A DNA stretch of 64,000 bases. Source: an uncultured archaeon. GTDB taxonomy: Archaea > Asgardarchaeota > Thorarchaeia > Thorarchaeales > Thorarchaeaceae. Under the pieces are notes generated by a model. It was not told where the DNA came from. It saw only the letters and a list, made by a program, of their open reading frames with translations, and did not search any database. The stretch spans positions 1-64,000 of the forward strand of contig CAZSWP010000016.1 in the NCBI GenBank assembly GCA_964610875.1, in the 5' to 3' direction. Below are positions 29,344 through 38,735 of the stretch, in pieces (within the stretch, counting starts at the first letter, position 1; the number at the start of each line of letters is the position of its first letter). A program made the translations under genes and the position numbers.

Positions 29344-29988
29344 TCATTTCTTGGCTGAACCACGTCGTAGACGTGCTCTTCTCTCTTTGACTTCTTCTGG
29401 ACCTTTCAGGACCTTGCTCTTTCTAATCTCACACTCTCTAACTGGAATGATTTTCTTGACCTCTTCATGTACATCTGCTGCGAGGTCTCCCAGAACAACC
29501 TTCTGGACAAGCTCGTCAAATCCATATTTCTTAGCGTGGGACCTGATTACCTTCTCAATCGACTTTCGGATAGAGTGTTCTTGGCTGGTCTTAGCTCTAG
29601 TTCCTGTAAAAACAATAACAGAAATTCGCATGAGATAGTCATCTTTGGTAAGAATCGGACCAATCCAGTCAATTCTAGTAGTACCTCTTCGAACAAGTCC
29701 TCTAAGATAATCCGAGCTCCACTCGTGACCATAGAATGTGGTCTTTGCTTGTTGACCTTTAACATCAACAATCTTGAACTTCAGTTTGACATGAATCTTA
29801 TCAAAATCTCCTGTCAGATCATACAACGTTGGTTGAACAGTACGGCCTAACAATTGATCTGGGTCTGCAGCCGGAGTTTCTCCAATGTCTTTACTTTCAA
29901 AGTAATCCGGAGAGATGATCTGATACCACTTCTTTTCTCTCCACTTGTCACGTGTTCTGGCTGCTGCCTGTCTACTTCTTGAGGACAT
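29344..29988 (-). CDS. rps3ae: 30S ribosomal protein eS1 (S3Ae)
   Basis: DKWREKKWY, GRTVQ.TL.DLTGD, DYLRGLVRRGTTRID. Confidence 0.96.
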   Translation of the reverse strand: MSSRSRQAAARTRDKWREKKWYQIISPDYFESKDIGETPAADPDQLLGRTVQPTLYDLTGDFDKIHVKLKFKIVDVKGQQAKTTFYGHEWSSDYLRGLVRRGTTRIDWIGPILTKDDYLMRISVIVFTGTRAKTSQEHSIRKSIEKVIRSHAKKYGFDELVQKVVLGDLAADVHEEVKKIIPVRECEIRKSKVLKGPEEVKERRARLRRGSAKK

Positions 29989-30236
29989 TTGACTATCACA
30001 CTCGTATTTGACACAATTCTTGTGTCTCGAGAATTGCAAATTGTGCCAACTGAGCTGTTGGCGCCTCGCCGACATCTAGTGAGATGAATAAAAACATTTG
30101 CCAAGAGGCGAAGCCACGACTCATCCCACTATAATCTCTCTTTTAATGGTCTTGACCATGTTGTTACAACTATCTGGTTATCATCACAACAAACTAGATA
30201 TTCACTACCCTATGGGTAATACTAGGTCGAGTAAAC

Positions 30237-30374
30237 ATGAGTAATGTTGTCTGTCCGAAATGCGGCTATGAAGATGTAGGACTTGTAAAGAAGCAAATCA
30301 TAGCTCCTGGCAAATTCCATAGGAACTGGCGCTGTCCAAGATGTAGCCATACTTGGGATACAAAAGACGAATGA
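30237..30374 (+). CDS. 45-aa zinc-ribbon microprotein
   Basis: Not in ORF track; MSNVVCPKCGY...WRCPRCSHTW. Confidence 0.75.
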   Translation: MSNVVCPKCGYEDVGLVKKQIIAPGKFHRNWRCPRCSHTWDTKDE

Positions 30375-30426
30375 ACTCCACGCCAAAACTGTTAAAATCA
30401 GATCGTCGTGGGATACTTCACGCTAC

Positions 30427-30514
30427 GCGGAGGTTGCCAAGCCAGGTCAACGGCGCAGGACTTAGGATCCTGTTCAGTAGTGATTCGCGAGTTCGAATCT
30501 CGCCCTCCGCACCA
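30427..30514 (+). tRNA. tRNA-Leu(TAG)
   Basis: GCGGAGG/CCTCCGC acceptor, CAGGA-CTTAGGA-TCCTG anticodon arm, long variable region, CCA. Confidence 0.95.
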
Positions 30515-30867
30515 TAATTTCTTTTCATCAATCTCTTCTATTATGGTTCATTATCTTACCTCGTATGAGTTGAAAGATCAAGTCTATTTTTCCCAAAGAA
30601 TCTGCAATTGGTAAATCGTAGAATGGCATTACTTTTGAAGAGAGGACATCATGGATAAGACATCCATACCATCAAGGTTGACTACTCACTGGATTACTTT
30701 GTACAGAGGACGAATTCAATATGTACTTCGTAATTTCCACCTATTTTGCTGAGTATATCAAATAGATGTTTGATATTCAATTTCGCTTCTAAATCATAAA
30801 TATTGGAATAAAACCGATATAAAATAAATAGCTAATATTCTCTCTTAATAGTTAATATACTAATTAT

Positions 30868-32742
30868 CCTGACAAATGTACGAGTTCAAAACCTCTCTTG
30901 CAGACAAGAAGGGGAGTGAACTCAACTGACTCAAGAAACGGGTCAGAAATTAATATACTATAGGCGAAAAGATAATGGCTCGGTCCAAGGGTGTGACAAT
31001 CGCGGTGAAGGTCCCAATCAAGTGGGAAGTCATGACCGTGAGGACTAAGCAGCGTCTCAGACAGACCGTTGGAAGAGACACCAGAATCATTCATGCATAT
31101 CTAGGGATAATCGAACAGCATGAGGACGAATTGCTAACAGGCAAAGATAGGACCAGAGTTGATGATAGTAAACTAGACCGACTGACCATGACCGCGCTCA
31201 AAGTGAAGAAAGGCAACGAACAACGAACCTCAGTCCCTCATGATTTCAAGGATAGATTCCCACGAGCCTCTCCTAATGAGATTGGTGAGTGTCGGAAGAC
31301 TGCTGTTGCATTATATGAGATCTATCTGAAGTTGGATGACAAGAAAGGACATTCAGCCTCGCGTCCGACATCCATGAAAAAGTCAGGTCGAATTCCTCGA
31401 TGGGTCTTCTCTCAAAGGTTCAAGATAGTTGAAAAGCAGACATGTGTGACTCGATGGTGGCTTGACCTCAGGGACTCGTTTGATTCGGCATTAGAAGATC
31501 GTGCTCAACATGACCGCGTACTCATCCCCTTAAAGATGGCTCCCTTTCATCTGAACCAGATTCAAAGAGGTGAGGTGAAAGCATTGCAGGTCTTCACTGA
31601 TAGAACGGGGAAATGGTGGGTGACATTTGCTGTCCGATTACCTTCCTGTGAAGAAGATGAAAATGATCTTCCAGTTGCTATCTTAGGTATAGACCTGGGC
31701 ATAGAGAAGGCTGCTTGCTCGACACTCCTCACTCCTGAGAAGACAAGAGAGAGCCGGTTCTTTGTCCAGAAGGAGAAGGTTAAGCGGATTAAAAGATACG
31801 ACAGGCTTGTTGCTGCTCTCCAGAGAGAGATGGACACTCGCCGAAATGACGGGAAACAATGCGATAAGATAGCCAAGAATCTCCGCGATATCCGCTATAG
31901 ACGTAGGAATATAGCCAGAGAATATGACCGTGTCCTGATTCGTCATATCCTTGATTATATCTCGGAACTCTCCGAGAGGTATACACTCTATGTAGCCGTT
32001 GGTCGCCTGAAGAATATACGAGTGCGTGCAAGACGCGGTAACTACCGTGGTAGAAAGTTTCGAGGGATATTACACTCGTGGGCATTCCACCGAGTGACGG
32101 ATGGTATCAAACACGGACTTGCACAGATGGGCTGGAAGGTCGATGGAAAAGACCCTCGTTTTCGAGCTGTTCCTGAAGCATGGACCTCTATCATCTGTTG
32201 GAAGTGTGGTGCTAAAGGCAAGCGGCCCAAGCAAAACTACTTCTATTGTCCATCCTGTGGGTACAAGACCAATGCTGATAAGAATGGTAGTATTAACATT
32301 ACAGCACGCATGCTTACGCTCACAAAGTCACTGCACTCTGTGAGAGGACTAGGTCTGTGGACTAGAGCTCTGGATAGAGTTCGACGTGCGCGTCCGAAAG
32401 CCCGAAGGAAGAAGCCTTCACGAGGGAAGTCCTTATTCTCCAAGAAACGAACTTCATCAGGTTCCGGAGAGTCCGCAGCCGTTCACCATGCTCAGACGAG
32501 CCTCACCAGCTTCAGTGATGATGCTGGGGTGGGTGATGATGACCCTGCTGTGGGAAGAACTGTGGAAACGCTCTCTGTCGCTGAGAGTGATGACTCGGCA
32601 AAAAGACAGGAGAAAGAAGTCCGGTCTGTGGGAGGGATACCATCCCGATGATGCCAGACAATGCTCTTGCTGATTGCAAATTCTCATGGCGTTTGCAAAG
32701 TGGTGACACTGGCAGGCGAGGGACGGAACACAGAAGTTTCAA
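30868..32742 (+). mobile_element. Non-autonomous IS200/IS605-family (tnpB-only) element
   Basis: Left hairpin GAGTTCA..TGAACTC (30882-30923) after TTAT; right end ...GTTTCAA; GC-richer than flanks; ends are inferred. Confidence 0.7.
30975..32651 (+). CDS. tnpB: TnpB RNA-guided endonuclease
   Basis: LGIDLG, VAVGRL, VPEAWTS, CWKC/CPSC zinc finger, NADKNGSINI. Confidence 0.92.
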   Translation: MARSKGVTIAVKVPIKWEVMTVRTKQRLRQTVGRDTRIIHAYLGIIEQHEDELLTGKDRTRVDDSKLDRLTMTALKVKKGNEQRTSVPHDFKDRFPRASPNEIGECRKTAVALYEIYLKLDDKKGHSASRPTSMKKSGRIPRWVFSQRFKIVEKQTCVTRWWLDLRDSFDSALEDRAQHDRVLIPLKMAPFHLNQIQRGEVKALQVFTDRTGKWWVTFAVRLPSCEEDENDLPVAILGIDLGIEKAACSTLLTPEKTRESRFFVQKEKVKRIKRYDRLVAALQREMDTRRNDGKQCDKIAKNLRDIRYRRRNIAREYDRVLIRHILDYISELSERYTLYVAVGRLKNIRVRARRGNYRGRKFRGILHSWAFHRVTDGIKHGLAQMGWKVDGKDPRFRAVPEAWTSIICWKCGAKGKRPKQNYFYCPSCGYKTNADKNGSINITARMLTLTKSLHSVRGLGLWTRALDRVRRARPKARRKKPSRGKSLFSKKRTSSGSGESAAVHHAQTSLTSFSDDAGVGDDDPAVGRTVETLSVAESDDSAKRQEKEVRSVGGIPSR

Positions 32743-32925
32743 TCTGTTGTGGTTCGCTCACAATATTCATGAAGAAACAGATCATCTAAACCTTGCGCCT
32801 TTGACGTTTTGTACTTATTTCAAAGCAATAGTTGTTATGTTTAAACAAATAATAGAAACATTGAATATAATATTAAGGCTCTTTTTTCTGTTAGTTGGTA
32901 GAAAGGCAATCGAAGAGGTAGCACT

Positions 32926-33456
32926 ATGCAACGAATAGACATCTCATTATTTCCTCAAAGAGGGAGTAATGACTGTCTAATTGCTTGTGTTATGATGATT
33001 TTAGAATGGGCAAAAGCCAACTACCCTGAAGTTGCTTCTTACAGTTACGATGCACTTGTAAAAATTCTTGGAATGACCGCAACAGGAACCAAGTTTTGTG
33101 ATGTGACTAATCTTAACAAAGATCGTCGAAACAAAGAATGCAAAGTTCAACTCGAATTCGGATGTGCTCCAACTTCTCTTCATTTTGTTATAGAACAAAT
33201 ACAACAAGGACTACCAGTCATTGTTTATCTTCTTCAGGAGCATTATGATAATAAAGTTCAACATGCTGTAGTTGTCAATTTCATATCGACAGATAAAACG
33301 AAAATTGGGATATTGGACCCCTTAAGGCCCAAACCGATAAACAAATCAACAGGGGCATTCTTAGAAGAGTGGGAACAGTTGCTTAAATATACAATTTATG
33401 TAAAAATAAATGAGATTGAAGACTTAACATTATATTTAGGAGATGACTCAGAATGA
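32926..33456 (+). CDS. C39-like cysteine peptidase
   Basis: Q...NDCLIAC, QHAVVV, ILDP (Cys-His-Asp). Confidence 0.8.
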   Translation: MQRIDISLFPQRGSNDCLIACVMMILEWAKANYPEVASYSYDALVKILGMTATGTKFCDVTNLNKDRRNKECKVQLEFGCAPTSLHFVIEQIQQGLPVIVYLLQEHYDNKVQHAVVVNFISTDKTKIGILDPLRPKPINKSTGAFLEEWEQLLKYTIYVKINEIEDLTLYLGDDSE

Positions 33457-34394
33457 ATATACAGGAAGACATAGTCAGTTATCTTATTCAAAACTATGGG
33501 CATTTAGTTCTTAGTGACAGTCCTGAGTACAATGAAGAGTTAGAACTATGGATTTCAAAACTACACTCTGATTATCCTATTCTCATACAGGATGACAAGA
33601 AAGGGAAAAAAGAAATACACTTTATCAAAATTCATTCATTAGGATATATTGTTTTTAATAGCCAGAAGCAAATCGTGAGAGATAAGACGACTTCAGATGA
33701 GCAAGTTGTGTTAAGAATTGAAACATATCTTGATATGTGGAGAACATATGCAGAAAATATCGTTGTTTCAGCCTCAGCAGAAAGAATAGCAAAATTGAGT
33801 GAAGTATCTAATGTATTGAATCCAATTTATGAGATAATCACATTCGTATCAGATAGCAATTTCATCAGCCTGTTTCATTTTGAAAAGGAACGTACTGATA
33901 AAAGAAGAAAGGCGAAACAATATCTAGCAATGCTTGAAGATTTAAAACTACTCAGAAGACATGATAATGGATACGTACCAGGAAATCTTTTCGTTGCTCT
34001 GAAAGAGCAAACAGATGCATATGATCAATTCATGGAGAGCATTTATGCAACTATTCTAAAACATAGATATTCGTTCTTACGAAATGTTCTAAATTTGAGT
34101 AATTTAGAAACCGTCATACGAATTGCTAACATTGTATACTATCCAGAATTACATACGAGAGAGTCTGTTCCTAGAGATAGGAAAACTCTCGTAAGAGAAT
34201 ATACACTAGAATATCGACTTGAAATCACTGAACCTCGTATGAGTGGCTATCTGAAAAAACTTGAGGAATTAGATGTCATACGTATCGAGTCAGGGTTCTA
34301 CCAAGGTAATGATGAACTCCGTACAAAGATGTTTGATATCCAAAAAAGCATTGAATCTCCCGAATCATTGTGGTCTGTTCCCATTCCTGTTTGA
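33453..34394 (+). CDS. Hypothetical protein with probable winged-helix domains
   Basis: ATGA overlap with the peptidase gene; YLAMLEDLKLL and YLKKLEELDVI wHTH-like segments. Confidence 0.7.
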   Translation: MNIQEDIVSYLIQNYGHLVLSDSPEYNEELELWISKLHSDYPILIQDDKKGKKEIHFIKIHSLGYIVFNSQKQIVRDKTTSDEQVVLRIETYLDMWRTYAENIVVSASAERIAKLSEVSNVLNPIYEIITFVSDSNFISLFHFEKERTDKRRKAKQYLAMLEDLKLLRRHDNGYVPGNLFVALKEQTDAYDQFMESIYATILKHRYSFLRNVLNLSNLETVIRIANIVYYPELHTRESVPRDRKTLVREYTLEYRLEITEPRMSGYLKKLEELDVIRIESGFYQGNDELRTKMFDIQKSIESPESLWSVPIPV

Positions 34395-34439
34395 GAAAGA
34401 AAATAAGGTAATATTTTTGAAACCTATAATTACAATGAA

Positions 34440-34475
34440 TAGTGATTCGCGAGTTCGAATCTCGCCCTCCGCACC
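34440..34475 (+). repeat. attR: duplicated 3' end of tRNA-Leu
   Basis: TAGTGATTCGCGAGTTCGAATCTCGCCCTCCGCACC exact copy. Confidence 0.95.
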
Positions 34476-34535
34476 GTTGCTATTGTTTTTCCAGTCTTCG
34501 TTCGATTTATCTTCTTGATTAGCATATAGAAACCT

Positions 34536-35009
34536 ATGTCAGAATCAGGATATCTCGATAAATTGAAGCAATATCTCAGTTTTCTGTTCACAAAATACGA
34601 GTATAAAATCACATTTCATGAAGACTCGATGAATTTTGGTAATAAGTATACACTTCTTGAGTCTGATGATTTGATTATTGCGGTAACAAGAGATAGAGAT
34701 CTCATCTCTCTTGACGTTCGTAACAATGATGGTGAGGAGGTGCCAAGGGACAAACACTATCGATATTTCTTTGACCTGCTAATCATTTTGAGGTCATTGG
34801 GTGCTCCTGAAGAAAAGAAAATTGAGTTAATGACAGATACAACTGATGAAGGGCAGCTAAGTGCGTTATCTGCAGCCCTAGAAACCTACTACAAGCAGAT
34901 TCATGACATGTTCAGTCCAGAGAAGGTTGAAACAACCAAGAAGGAGCTCAGGCGCCTTGAAATGTCGCAAGTTGAAGAGATCTTTGGGCTAGATGATAAT
35001 GATAGCTAA
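34536..35009 (+). CDS. Hypothetical acidic protein
   Basis: Clean ORF; no motif recognised. Confidence 0.65.
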   Translation: MSESGYLDKLKQYLSFLFTKYEYKITFHEDSMNFGNKYTLLESDDLIIAVTRDRDLISLDVRNNDGEEVPRDKHYRYFFDLLIILRSLGAPEEKKIELMTDTTDEGQLSALSAALETYYKQIHDMFSPEKVETTKKELRRLEMSQVEEIFGLDDNDS

Positions 35010-35079
35010 TTCTCATTGATGTGAACATCGATACTGTTATCTCTCCCAGAGATATGTTATAGGCAACTCAACAGAAAGA

Positions 35080-35430
35080 GTGTCGATTATGAAGTATCTA
35101 TTTCTAGCAACAAACGACAACAAAATGCATCTCTATCATCTTCTCCTGAATGCCAACAATTTCCATGAGAATGGTCACGAGGTAGCAGTCATTCTAGAAT
35201 GCGCATCACCAAAGCTACTGATTGGTATTGCTAATGGTTCAATTAAGCTCCCGGTCTTTGACAAATCTATGGAGCTGGGAATCATAGACTCAGCATGCAA
35301 AGCCTGTACAGCCGCATTTGAAGCCACTGATGCCGCAAAACAGCTTGGGGTTCTTCTCAAAGGTGAACTCAGTGGACATAGCGACTTACTGAGGTTCGCT
35401 GCAGATGGTTTCACGATAGTGACTTTCTAG
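35080..35430 (+). CDS. DsrE-like protein
   Basis: HLLLNA, ACKAC, GHSDL...GFTIVTF. Confidence 0.7.
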   Translation: MSIMKYLFLATNDNKMHLYHLLLNANNFHENGHEVAVILECASPKLLIGIANGSIKLPVFDKSMELGIIDSACKACTAAFEATDAAKQLGVLLKGELSGHSDLLRFAADGFTIVTF

Positions 35431-35505
35431 TTTCATCTAGACAATACATATTGCGCCAAGCACGTGTCTTTATAGAAGTCACTAGGTCTATAAAAGCGAT
35501 AAATA

Positions 35506-36012
35506 ATGCTCTCGAAGACAAATATTCTCTCAATCGTTCTGATAATCTTGGGACTTCTATCAGCTGTTCTAGTGAACGGAATAAACAATTCTGAAGTTGT
35601 AGTTCCAGGCTATTCCGTTGGATATGACCTAGCAATCTACGGGGAATACGCATTTGTTTCAAACAATGATGATGCAGCTGTCATTGATATTAGTAATCCA
35701 GGCAGTCCAATTCGTATGAATCAGATTCAACTGGATGGTGCTTTTGGATTGAAAATTGTTAATGATACACTATATGTTGGCAGTCCAAATGATGGACTAG
35801 TTCTAATAGATATCACCACACCCTCGAACCCAGTGATTCTTGAGACGCACCCACTCGTGAATAATGTATATGATCTCCTTGTCGCTGGGAATTTTGTTTA
35901 TGCAGTAAGTACTCCTTCACAAATGTGGCTCTGGGTAATCCTTATCTCTCTTCTCTCAGTAGGAATGGTCATTTTCTTCATACCGTGTCTCAGGAAAAGA
36001 ATAAGTAATTGA
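35506..36012 (+). CDS. Short membrane-anchored LVIVD-repeat protein, possibly internally deleted
   Basis: VIDISNPGSP and LIDITTPSNP repeats; TM segment at both ends. Confidence 0.7.
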   Translation: MLSKTNILSIVLIILGLLSAVLVNGINNSEVVVPGYSVGYDLAIYGEYAFVSNNDDAAVIDISNPGSPIRMNQIQLDGAFGLKIVNDTLYVGSPNDGLVLIDITTPSNPVILETHPLVNNVYDLLVAGNFVYAVSTPSQMWLWVILISLLSVGMVIFFIPCLRKRISN

Positions 36013-36033
36013 AAATAAAACCTCAAAAGAAAC

Positions 36034-36166
36034 TGGCGCCGGGGGTGAGACTTGTTCCTCGTAGACGAACTGTCTACACGTTTGAACTCACGGGTCATAA
36101 AGACAGCGGTTTTCTTGCGGATCTTACGATTCGAGACCGCCTCCATAGCCACTAGGAGACCCCGGC
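36034..36166 (-). tRNA. tRNA-Ser(CGA) with two introns (36111-36129 at 37/38; 36052-36081 in the T-loop)
   Basis: GCCGGGG/CCCCGGC acceptor, GCGGT-CTCGAA|A-ACCGC, GTGAG-TTCAA|GT-CTCAC, GCCA end. Confidence 0.92.
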
Positions 36167-36206
36167 TCTATGTTCTTCTGTGTCATGAAGTATTCTAGAT
36201 TTAACA

Positions 36207-37598
36207 TTAACTCTGAAGCTCATCTAGAACCCGTTTCATAATATCCATGGTTTTCTTTTCGAGCTCATTCAAAGTCCTTTCTGTTTTTGCTCCGATGTAG
36301 AGTCGTGCCTTTGGTTCAGTTCCAGAAACTCTAACTAGGACATAAGAACCATCTTCTCTGTTTATTCTGATCCCATCATCATCTTGTGTGCTCTCAATGC
36401 CTGTAATCTCATCAACAAGTAACTCTTGTACTCGTGGGAGAAACTTTGGCTTAATCTCATCGGGACAGGGGACATTCTCTCTTAGCATGGGATATTCTGG
36501 AACTGATTTCATTAATTCAATACACGAATTATCGCCATGCTCATGAATCATCTGGGATATACGTGCTGCACCAGTAATACCATCCATCCACATTCCCAGT
36601 TCCATGAATATTGGTTTCCAAGGCTCTGAAGCGAAGATAATGTCTTCATGTTTACCAACGAATTTTTCTTGAAGCGAACCAAGTGGTGCTCGTATTATTC
36701 TCCCACCTGTTTTCTTGACAAGCTCATCAATCACACTGGATGTATCAATGGAAACAACTACTGTCCCTCCACCTTTTCGTTCTATTTCATCCCGTGCAAA
36801 GAGTGCTATTATCCGGTTTTGATCGATGAAACGACCCTTTTCGTCAATTACTGCAAGTCTGTCTCCATCTCCATCATGAGCAATACCTACTGCGAAGTCA
36901 GAATCTTTCATCACTTGCATGATGTCCCCAAGATTCCGTGGAGATGGTTCTGCTAACCGCCCTGGAAAATGCCCGTCAGGATGTGAATTTATTGTAGTGA
37001 CTTTGAAACCCAATTCTCTCAATAGGTGTGGTGTGTAGTAACAAGCAGCACCATTTGCCGCGTCAATCAATACCGGCATCTCTTCCCCTTTGTCACCTCT
37101 GTTACTCAGAAATTGATGTACACGCTTGAAATAGACTGGTCTGATGTCCCATGAAGTAGTTCTTCCAATCTTATTCCACTCTGCAGAAATGAACTCTCCA
37201 TCTCTTACTCTCTCCTCCAAGAACACTTCTTCCTTTCGCACAAACTCTCTACCCCCCTTGAAAAATTTGAAACCATTATCAGTAGGTGGATTATGACTGG
37301 CTGTGATAACAACAGAAACATCAGTTTCCAGCATAGCACTATGAGAAGCAACGGTCGGCATGGGGGCATTCCCAAGGTCTATGATATCTGTCCCAGTAGA
37401 AATAACTCCTGAAACAAAGGCGTTCTTCAACATCTGGTTCGATGTACGGGCATCTGTTCCCACCCCAACGATGCCTGCACCCTTTAAATACGTACCAAGA
37501 CCTCTTCCAAGTCGCATAGCAAGGTCTACAGTCACCTTTTCGTCAATTCCTCCCCGTATCCCGCTTGTTCCAAATATCTTCTCAGTCAATCGTTTCAT
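36207..37598 (-). CDS. Phosphohexomutase (GlmM/PMM family)
   Basis: FGTSGIRG, TASHNP, DGDGDR, RVSGTEP. Confidence 0.92.
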   Translation of the reverse strand: MKRLTEKIFGTSGIRGGIDEKVTVDLAMRLGRGLGTYLKGAGIVGVGTDARTSNQMLKNAFVSGVISTGTDIIDLGNAPMPTVASHSAMLETDVSVVITASHNPPTDNGFKFFKGGREFVRKEEVFLEERVRDGEFISAEWNKIGRTTSWDIRPVYFKRVHQFLSNRGDKGEEMPVLIDAANGAACYYTPHLLRELGFKVTTINSHPDGHFPGRLAEPSPRNLGDIMQVMKDSDFAVGIAHDGDGDRLAVIDEKGRFIDQNRIIALFARDEIERKGGGTVVVSIDTSSVIDELVKKTGGRIIRAPLGSLQEKFVGKHEDIIFASEPWKPIFMELGMWMDGITGAARISQMIHEHGDNSCIELMKSVPEYPMLRENVPCPDEIKPKFLPRVQELLVDEITGIESTQDDDGIRINREDGSYVLVRVSGTEPKARLYIGAKTERTLNELEKKTMDIMKRVLDELQS

Positions 37599-37601
37599 CT
37601 C

Positions 37602-38576
37602 CTAGTTCTGTGGAAGTGCTAGGTCTGCAATGTCCTTTGCAGCTTCACCAATTCGCAAGAGGCTGTCAATGACGAACAGCTGGGTCTGTGGTTGTCCATT
37701 TAGCATAGATATTATATCTTGTCTTAGCTTCGCAGTGTTTTCTATGAGATCCTTCTCTGCAGTAATCACCCATGCCACCTTTTCAGAATCGAATTTGAAG
37801 AGATTGGAAACGGATTTCGATAGCATCTCTTTAACTTGAGTTGCAATTGGTTCCATTTTTTTCAATATCTTCGAATCAATTACGTCATGCGTTCTTGAAG
37901 CAATATCCACAGCAAGGTCTGCAATGCGTTCAATGTACTGTACTGCCAACCGAAAATCAAGAGCTGATACCGGTGAGATCTCCATTGCTTCTGATATGCG
38001 GGGATATTGTATTGCCAGTCTCAACTCTCTGACTATGAGAAAGAACAGTCTATCGACCTCTTCATCCCGCTGAATCACCGCATTTGCTAGGTCACGGTTC
38101 CCCTTGAAATATGCCTCAAGACCATCATTCAACATTCTTGAGGCAATGAGATTCATCCTTCTCATGGTCTTATGAACGGGTAGTGTTGTTGGATCAACAA
38201 GACACTGAATCACTATCTGTTGGTCCGTTTCATCTGTGATCTCGAGTGCTACAAAACGCTTGATAATATGTCGCAGAGTTTCTCGTTGTTCGTTAGTGAT
38301 AGCTTTCTCTGCAACAATCTTGATTTCATCAAAACCTAGCAGGTATTTACTAGTGATTGACCACCTCAGGTTGGTTTCTATAGGTACTGTTGTGGACCGA
38401 CTCTCTCCTGGTTTAGGCAATCTTGGGTCAACGATCAGACAACCGTCTTCTCGTTCTGCAACGACTACAGGGTCGCCCTTACTCAAATTCTGTCTGGTAA
38501 CCCATTCCTTCGGCAAGATAATTAGATATGAACTGCCACTCTTGCCACCGGTCTGTTGAAGTCGTCTAATATTCAT
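37602..38576 (-). CDS. AbrB-PhoU phosphate uptake regulator
   Basis: RRLQQTGG..SYLIILPKEW, DEEVDRL, ERIADLA. Confidence 0.9.
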   Translation of the reverse strand: MNIRRLQQTGGKSGSSYLIILPKEWVTRQNLSKGDPVVVAEREDGCLIVDPRLPKPGESRSTTVPIETNLRWSITSKYLLGFDEIKIVAEKAITNEQRETLRHIIKRFVALEITDETDQQIVIQCLVDPTTLPVHKTMRRMNLIASRMLNDGLEAYFKGNRDLANAVIQRDEEVDRLFFLIVRELRLAIQYPRISEAMEISPVSALDFRLAVQYIERIADLAVDIASRTHDVIDSKILKKMEPIATQVKEMLSKSVSNLFKFDSEKVAWVITAEKDLIENTAKLRQDIISMLNGQPQTQLFVIDSLLRIGEAAKDIADLALPQN

Positions 38577-38735
38577 GGAGATACATCCTAACCTTTGTCA
38601 GTTTAGGCAACGCTAGATTATAGATGGCGCCTAATACGCTTACCGCAGCACATCATTTTCTATCTATCTCATCTAGTTATTGGTCACCTATGACAGACAT
38701 TTTATGTCAAACCTTCTCCAACTATCAGTGATGCT

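Larger units (their letters stand above)
30478..34475. mobile_element. tRNA-Leu-integrated island bounded by 36-bp att repeats
   Basis: 30478-30513 is identical to 34440-34475 (3' part of the tRNA); no integrase seen inside. Confidence 0.88.

Noticed and set aside
32736-32745. GTTTCAATC as a CRISPR repeat start
   Set aside because: Single copy; better explained as the IS right end.
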